This document shows positions 26,361 to 29,801 of a stretch of DNA of 29,801 nt, in pieces. The stretch is from Myxococcales bacterium. GTDB lineage: Bacteria > Myxococcota_A > Polyangia > Polyangiales > Polyangiaceae. Both the position numbers and the translations under genes were made by a program. The stretch is from assembly GCA_043747615.1 (NCBI GenBank), contig JAYTOU010000089.1, forward strand, positions 1-29,801. Reading direction: 5' to 3'. Positions within the stretch are counted from its first letter, which is position 1. Every line of letters starts with the position of its first letter. The notes beneath the pieces are model-generated. The model had not been told where the DNA came from and did no database searches. It worked only from the letters and a program-made list of their open reading frames with translations.

Positions 26361-27440
26361 ATGCTACGGCGCATTCTCACGGTCAGCGCACTTCTCGGTG
26401 CGGGAGCAGTTTTCGCGGCCTCCCGTGAGTCCGGCGAAGTTGCAGCCGCGATGCCCGTCGCGTCACTCGGTGGGGCCAACCCCCCGAGCGCGGGGTCTTC
26501 GAACCCCTTAATCCGCGAAGCACCTAGCAACCGCAAAGGCCGCACCCCGGAGTCCACGATCTACGTGGACGGAGTCCCGGTCGCCGTCCTCCGCGCGACG
26601 GAGCTGCCCCCAGGTCTCAAGATGCGCTCGGCGCCCAGCCAATGGGGCACCGAAGAGCACTACCTCATCACCGATTATCTCGCCGCGCTCCACGTCGACG
26701 TCGCCAAGGTCAAGGCCGTGCATTTCCACGGTGGAAGCCGCGTCGTTCTCGTCGACGGCGACGACCTCCGCAAGAATGGAAAAGACCTATCGTTCACGTT
26801 CACGATGGGCGATCGCGGCAAGGTGAACATGGAGTTCCCCGGCGCGCTCCACATCGACACGACGATCGACCTCCTGTCGAACATGACGATCTACGTCGAC
26901 AAGACGCCCCCAGCGAAGCACAGCGGGGCCGGGGGAGACTATCTCGCCTTCGCAGATGGCAAGCCGATCGAGGGAATCGCCTACGCCGACGGTGAGCAAC
27001 TCAAAGGAACGCGCGTCTACGTCGACGGCAAGAGGATTGCAGTGCTGAAGCGAAAGCTTCTTCCGAATAGCGTCCTCACGGGCGAGGTGGGAGCGAGCTC
27101 CACGTTCTCGCTCGTCAAGTACCTCGACCTCATTCACGCCCCCGCCGAGCTCAAGGCGATCGACTTCATGTCGGACGACGACCTGGTCGAGCGTCTCGAT
27201 GTCCGTCATTGGACCGAGCAAAAATCCGGTCTCACTTTTTCTCTTCCCACGCATAGCCGTGGGCAAGCGGTGATGAATCTTTCCCGCCTCGAAGCTGCGA
27301 AGGCGCGCATCAGTAGCATTCAGCTCTACGTCGCAACTGAACCCCCCAAACGGTGGCTCGCCCCGCCGGATGTCGTAGCCGTACCCAGTGAGACCGAGGC
27401 GCAGGCAGCAAACCAGAACAACCAAGACAACGCACTCTAG
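26361..27440 (+). CDS. Exported hypothetical protein with an internal domain duplication
   Basis: Signal MLRRILTVSALLGAGAVFA. Two similar units: TIYVDGVPVAVLRATELP...YLITDYL...VKAVHF...RGKVNM...MTIYV and RVYVDGKRIAVLKRKLLP...SLVKYL...LKAIDF...RGQAVM...IQLYV. Confidence 0.75.
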   Translation: MLRRILTVSALLGAGAVFAASRESGEVAAAMPVASLGGANPPSAGSSNPLIREAPSNRKGRTPESTIYVDGVPVAVLRATELPPGLKMRSAPSQWGTEEHYLITDYLAALHVDVAKVKAVHFHGGSRVVLVDGDDLRKNGKDLSFTFTMGDRGKVNMEFPGALHIDTTIDLLSNMTIYVDKTPPAKHSGAGGDYLAFADGKPIEGIAYADGEQLKGTRVYVDGKRIAVLKRKLLPNSVLTGEVGASSTFSLVKYLDLIHAPAELKAIDFMSDDDLVERLDVRHWTEQKSGLTFSLPTHSRGQAVMNLSRLEAAKARISSIQLYVATEPPKRWLAPPDVVAVPSETEAQAANQNNQDNAL

Positions 27441-27472
27441 CGATGTCGGACCGCTCAAAAAGGAGGATGCAC

Positions 27473-29251
27473 GTGGTTAATCGCAATCGTTGTCTGATTG
27501 GACTTCTCGTCGGTGGATCTGCGCTCATGGCCCCGGCGACGTCTGCTCTTGCGGATACTGCCGCCAACTCTGCGCCCGTCAACCGCTCTGCCGCGCTCCT
27601 CACGATCGGAAGCGGTCGCGACAAGACGCTAGGCCGCCCGGCAGTGGAAGACGCCGTCGACCCGAACACCAATCGCCGCGCCGGACCGGGTTTCGAGCAG
27701 TCCACGATCGCGCACATCGTCGGCGCCGACAAAGCGCATTACATCGTCCTCATCGTGATGCAGAGCCCCGAATTTCCGCGGGCGGACAACCTCGGCCCCT
27801 ACCAAATGTCGTGCAGCTCGTTCAAGTTGAACGAGAAGAGCTCGCCCACGCAAGTCGTCAGCAACAAGTGGATTACGCAGAATCCCGGGGATCGTTCGGC
27901 GAACCATCCCAAGGCGATCCCGGTCTCCCTCGCGAGCGGTCAGAACGTCGTGGCCTACACCTACGGCTCGCAAATGGGTACCAACCGCACCAAGACGTAT
28001 TTCTCGGTCGTCGACGAGATGTGCAACAAGATTCTTCCCGACACGAAGATCAGCTCCGTCATCAACGAAACCAACAACGACCGCGGAGCGGCCGACCTCG
28101 TGTCACACGGCATCGTCAACGGCGCGGCCCGCATGTCGTTCGGCTACTTCAGCAACGGAACCGACAAGGCCACGTATTTCGGTGCAATCGATCTCTCGGA
28201 TGCCACCGGTATTCTCGCGATCAAGTCGCTCTACGAGCCGGTCATGGTCCTCGGCCCGACAAACATCGGCCGCGCGGCAATGGCTGCCAACGGCGGTGAT
28301 CGCGCGCTCTTGTGCGCCGCTTCGGGCAGCCAAAATCGCCCCGAGCCAAACGTGCAGTGTGCACACATGAACGTCAGCACCGGCGCCACCATCTGGAAAG
28401 ACAACGTGGCGACGGGCGTGATGGACAATGACCCGTACAAGCGGAAGTACTTTGGTCAGCCCACGATCGCCCCGCTCGGCGACGGCACCTTCGCCATCTC
28501 GGTTCTCGAATCGAACGGCGCGGCGCGCAACATCCAGAGAAACCTGAAGGGCTCCAACACCGCTCACCTCCTTCACACCAGCATCAATCCCGGCACCGAG
28601 GCCCTCGTCGTTGGCGGCGAGCTCGTCGGCGCGGCGGTTCACCAAACGCACTCCGCCATCTGCACCGGCAAGTTCGGCGTCGACAAGAAGCCGACGGTCG
28701 CCGTGGTCAGCGCATCTCCGACCGGCATCGGCCGCGCCGCACTCCTCACCGTCCACGTGGACGCGAAAGCCGTCGTGCCTTTCAGCTACGATCTGAAGCA
28801 AGACGCGTGGCCGCTCAACTTCAACGGTGACTCCGGCTTCCTCGCCAACATGTACGGCGACAACCCGGGAAACCAAGGCCGCGACTTCATGCGCTGCGTC
28901 GGCGACATTCCCAATCCCGGTCACGGCGTCGCGGGCGGCTTCATGTCCGACGTCTCTAGCTTCTTCGCAGCGGCGATTCCTGGTCGCGAAGTCGGCAACC
29001 CTAAAAACAGCCTCTACTTGAGCTTGCTCCCCGCCGAAACCGACACTGTCGGCACCCCCGGTAACCCGCTCAGCGCCAACGACGTGCCCACGCTCACGAC
29101 CATGACTCCCGACGCGCAAAATGCCGCCCCCACCGGCTGCGCATGCAATAATGTTGGCGCGCGCCCCGCGACCAGCACGCTCGGAGGACTCGGTCTCTTT
29201 GGTCTGACCGTGCTCGGCCTCCGTCGCATTCGTCGCCGCTCTGCCCGCTGA
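27473..29251 (+). CDS. Secreted surface protein with MYXO-CTERM sorting signal
   Basis: AGGAGG at 27461-27466 favours GTG 27473. Signal ending ALA-D, a beta-rich body, and C-terminal GCAC...LGGLGLFGLTVLGLRRIRRRSAR (Cys motif, TM, Arg cluster). Confidence 0.8.
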   Translation: MVNRNRCLIGLLVGGSALMAPATSALADTAANSAPVNRSAALLTIGSGRDKTLGRPAVEDAVDPNTNRRAGPGFEQSTIAHIVGADKAHYIVLIVMQSPEFPRADNLGPYQMSCSSFKLNEKSSPTQVVSNKWITQNPGDRSANHPKAIPVSLASGQNVVAYTYGSQMGTNRTKTYFSVVDEMCNKILPDTKISSVINETNNDRGAADLVSHGIVNGAARMSFGYFSNGTDKATYFGAIDLSDATGILAIKSLYEPVMVLGPTNIGRAAMAANGGDRALLCAASGSQNRPEPNVQCAHMNVSTGATIWKDNVATGVMDNDPYKRKYFGQPTIAPLGDGTFAISVLESNGAARNIQRNLKGSNTAHLLHTSINPGTEALVVGGELVGAAVHQTHSAICTGKFGVDKKPTVAVVSASPTGIGRAALLTVHVDAKAVVPFSYDLKQDAWPLNFNGDSGFLANMYGDNPGNQGRDFMRCVGDIPNPGHGVAGGFMSDVSSFFAAAIPGREVGNPKNSLYLSLLPAETDTVGTPGNPLSANDVPTLTTMTPDAQNAAPTGCACNNVGARPATSTLGGLGLFGLTVLGLRRIRRRSAR

Positions 29252-29262
29252 GGTAATCGATT

Positions 29263-29801
29263 ATGCGTCGAGTCTATTTTTGGATTGCACCTCTCGCCAC
29301 CATCGCGTTGTTTGCGGTGTCGGGGGGCTGCAAAAAAGCCGCAACGAGCAGCGCGGATGATCCGAACAAGCCGCACGAACAAACTTCCAAGGAGTACTTC
29401 GTCGCTTCGGTTTTCCCCCGCATCGCCGGTGCGAACGCGTGCGGAGCTTGTCATGCCGGGGGAGACAGCCCCTGCGTGGGAGGCTCGTGCGCGTTCCTCG
29501 ATCCGATGGACGCGAACGCTGCCTACTCCAAGATCGAAAAGACGGTCGGATACATCAGCGCGCCGCAGAAGAGCCCGCTGCTCATCTATCAACACATGAA
29601 TCGGGCCGATGGTCGCGAGAAGGTAACGGGCGACCAGGCCAACGTGCTCGGCATCTGGCTCGGAATGGAAGCGACCACTCGTCACCTTCCGGGCGCCGTG
29701 GCGAAGGCGAAGAGCCTTCAAGAAGCGTACAGCCAGTTTGCTGCGTGCATGAACTTCGACGTCTTCGTCGGCACGGGCATGGGCAACTTGGCGTTCATGG
29801 A
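29263..29801 (+). CDS. c-type cytochrome lipoprotein, truncated by the window edge (absent from the ORF track)
   Basis: My translation from ATG 29263, after GAGGT: MRRVYFWIAPLATIALFAVSGGC-KKAAT...YFVASVFPRIAGANACGACHAGG...APQKSPLLIYQH...LGIWL... It stays open to the end, with CxxCH at 29440-29454. Confidence 0.8.
   Translation, partial: MRRVYFWIAPLATIALFAVSGGCKKAATSSADDPNKPHEQTSKEYFVASVFPRIAGANACGACHAGGDSPCVGGSCAFLDPMDANAAYSKIEKTVGYISAPQKSPLLIYQHMNRADGREKVTGDQANVLGIWLGMEATTRHLPGAVAKAKSLQEAYSQFAACMNFDVFVGTGMGNLAFM

Noticed and set aside
28103..29721. Minus-strand ORFs 28103-29119 and 29014-29721, and plus-strand 29285-29599
   Set aside because: They conflict with the MYXO-CTERM gene and with the lipobox/CxxCH frame from 29263, which are much better supported.
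19263..29801. Heme cluster as a mobile element or prophage island
   Set aside because: No integrase, transposase, tRNA or flanking repeats were seen, and the protein styles match the rest of the window.

Overview
High-GC bacterial DNA that looks myxobacterial (Polyangiaceae/Labilithrix-like, inferred from a MYXO-CTERM tail, an AgmX/PglI-type domain, PEGA proteins and many Cys- and 'DAG/DGG'-rich lipoproteins). The left two-thirds is mostly housekeeping or envelope genes. A minus-strand run (15068 to 3307) holds rsmD, an AgmX/PglI-like protein, two tiny lipoproteins, an M29 aminopeptidase homolog that has lost most metal ligands, truA, a GNAT, an HtrA/DegP protease, a coupled bCerS-like/CerR-like pair (probable ceramide synthesis) and secA. 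Around it are a VWA protein, two tandem PEGA paralogs and dapA-dapB. The right third (19263 to the end) is the most interesting part: a dense cluster of exported heme proteins. It has a TPR/PEGA-like-DUF3570 outer-membrane barrel coupled to a diheme CxxCH lipoprotein and a CxxxxCH lipoprotein, and a second CxxxxCH lipoprotein behind a sigma-54-like promoter. It also has two tandem lipoprotein-anchored, cysteine-rich group I truncated hemoglobins. A divergent operon carries a two-repeat secreted protein, a MYXO-CTERM surface protein and another CxxCH lipoprotein that runs off the window and is missing from the ORF track. This may be an undescribed cell-envelope redox or gas-handling system; the function is inference. 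I saw no rRNA, tRNA, CRISPR array or mobile element. All assignments come from motif recognition by eye; no searches were run.
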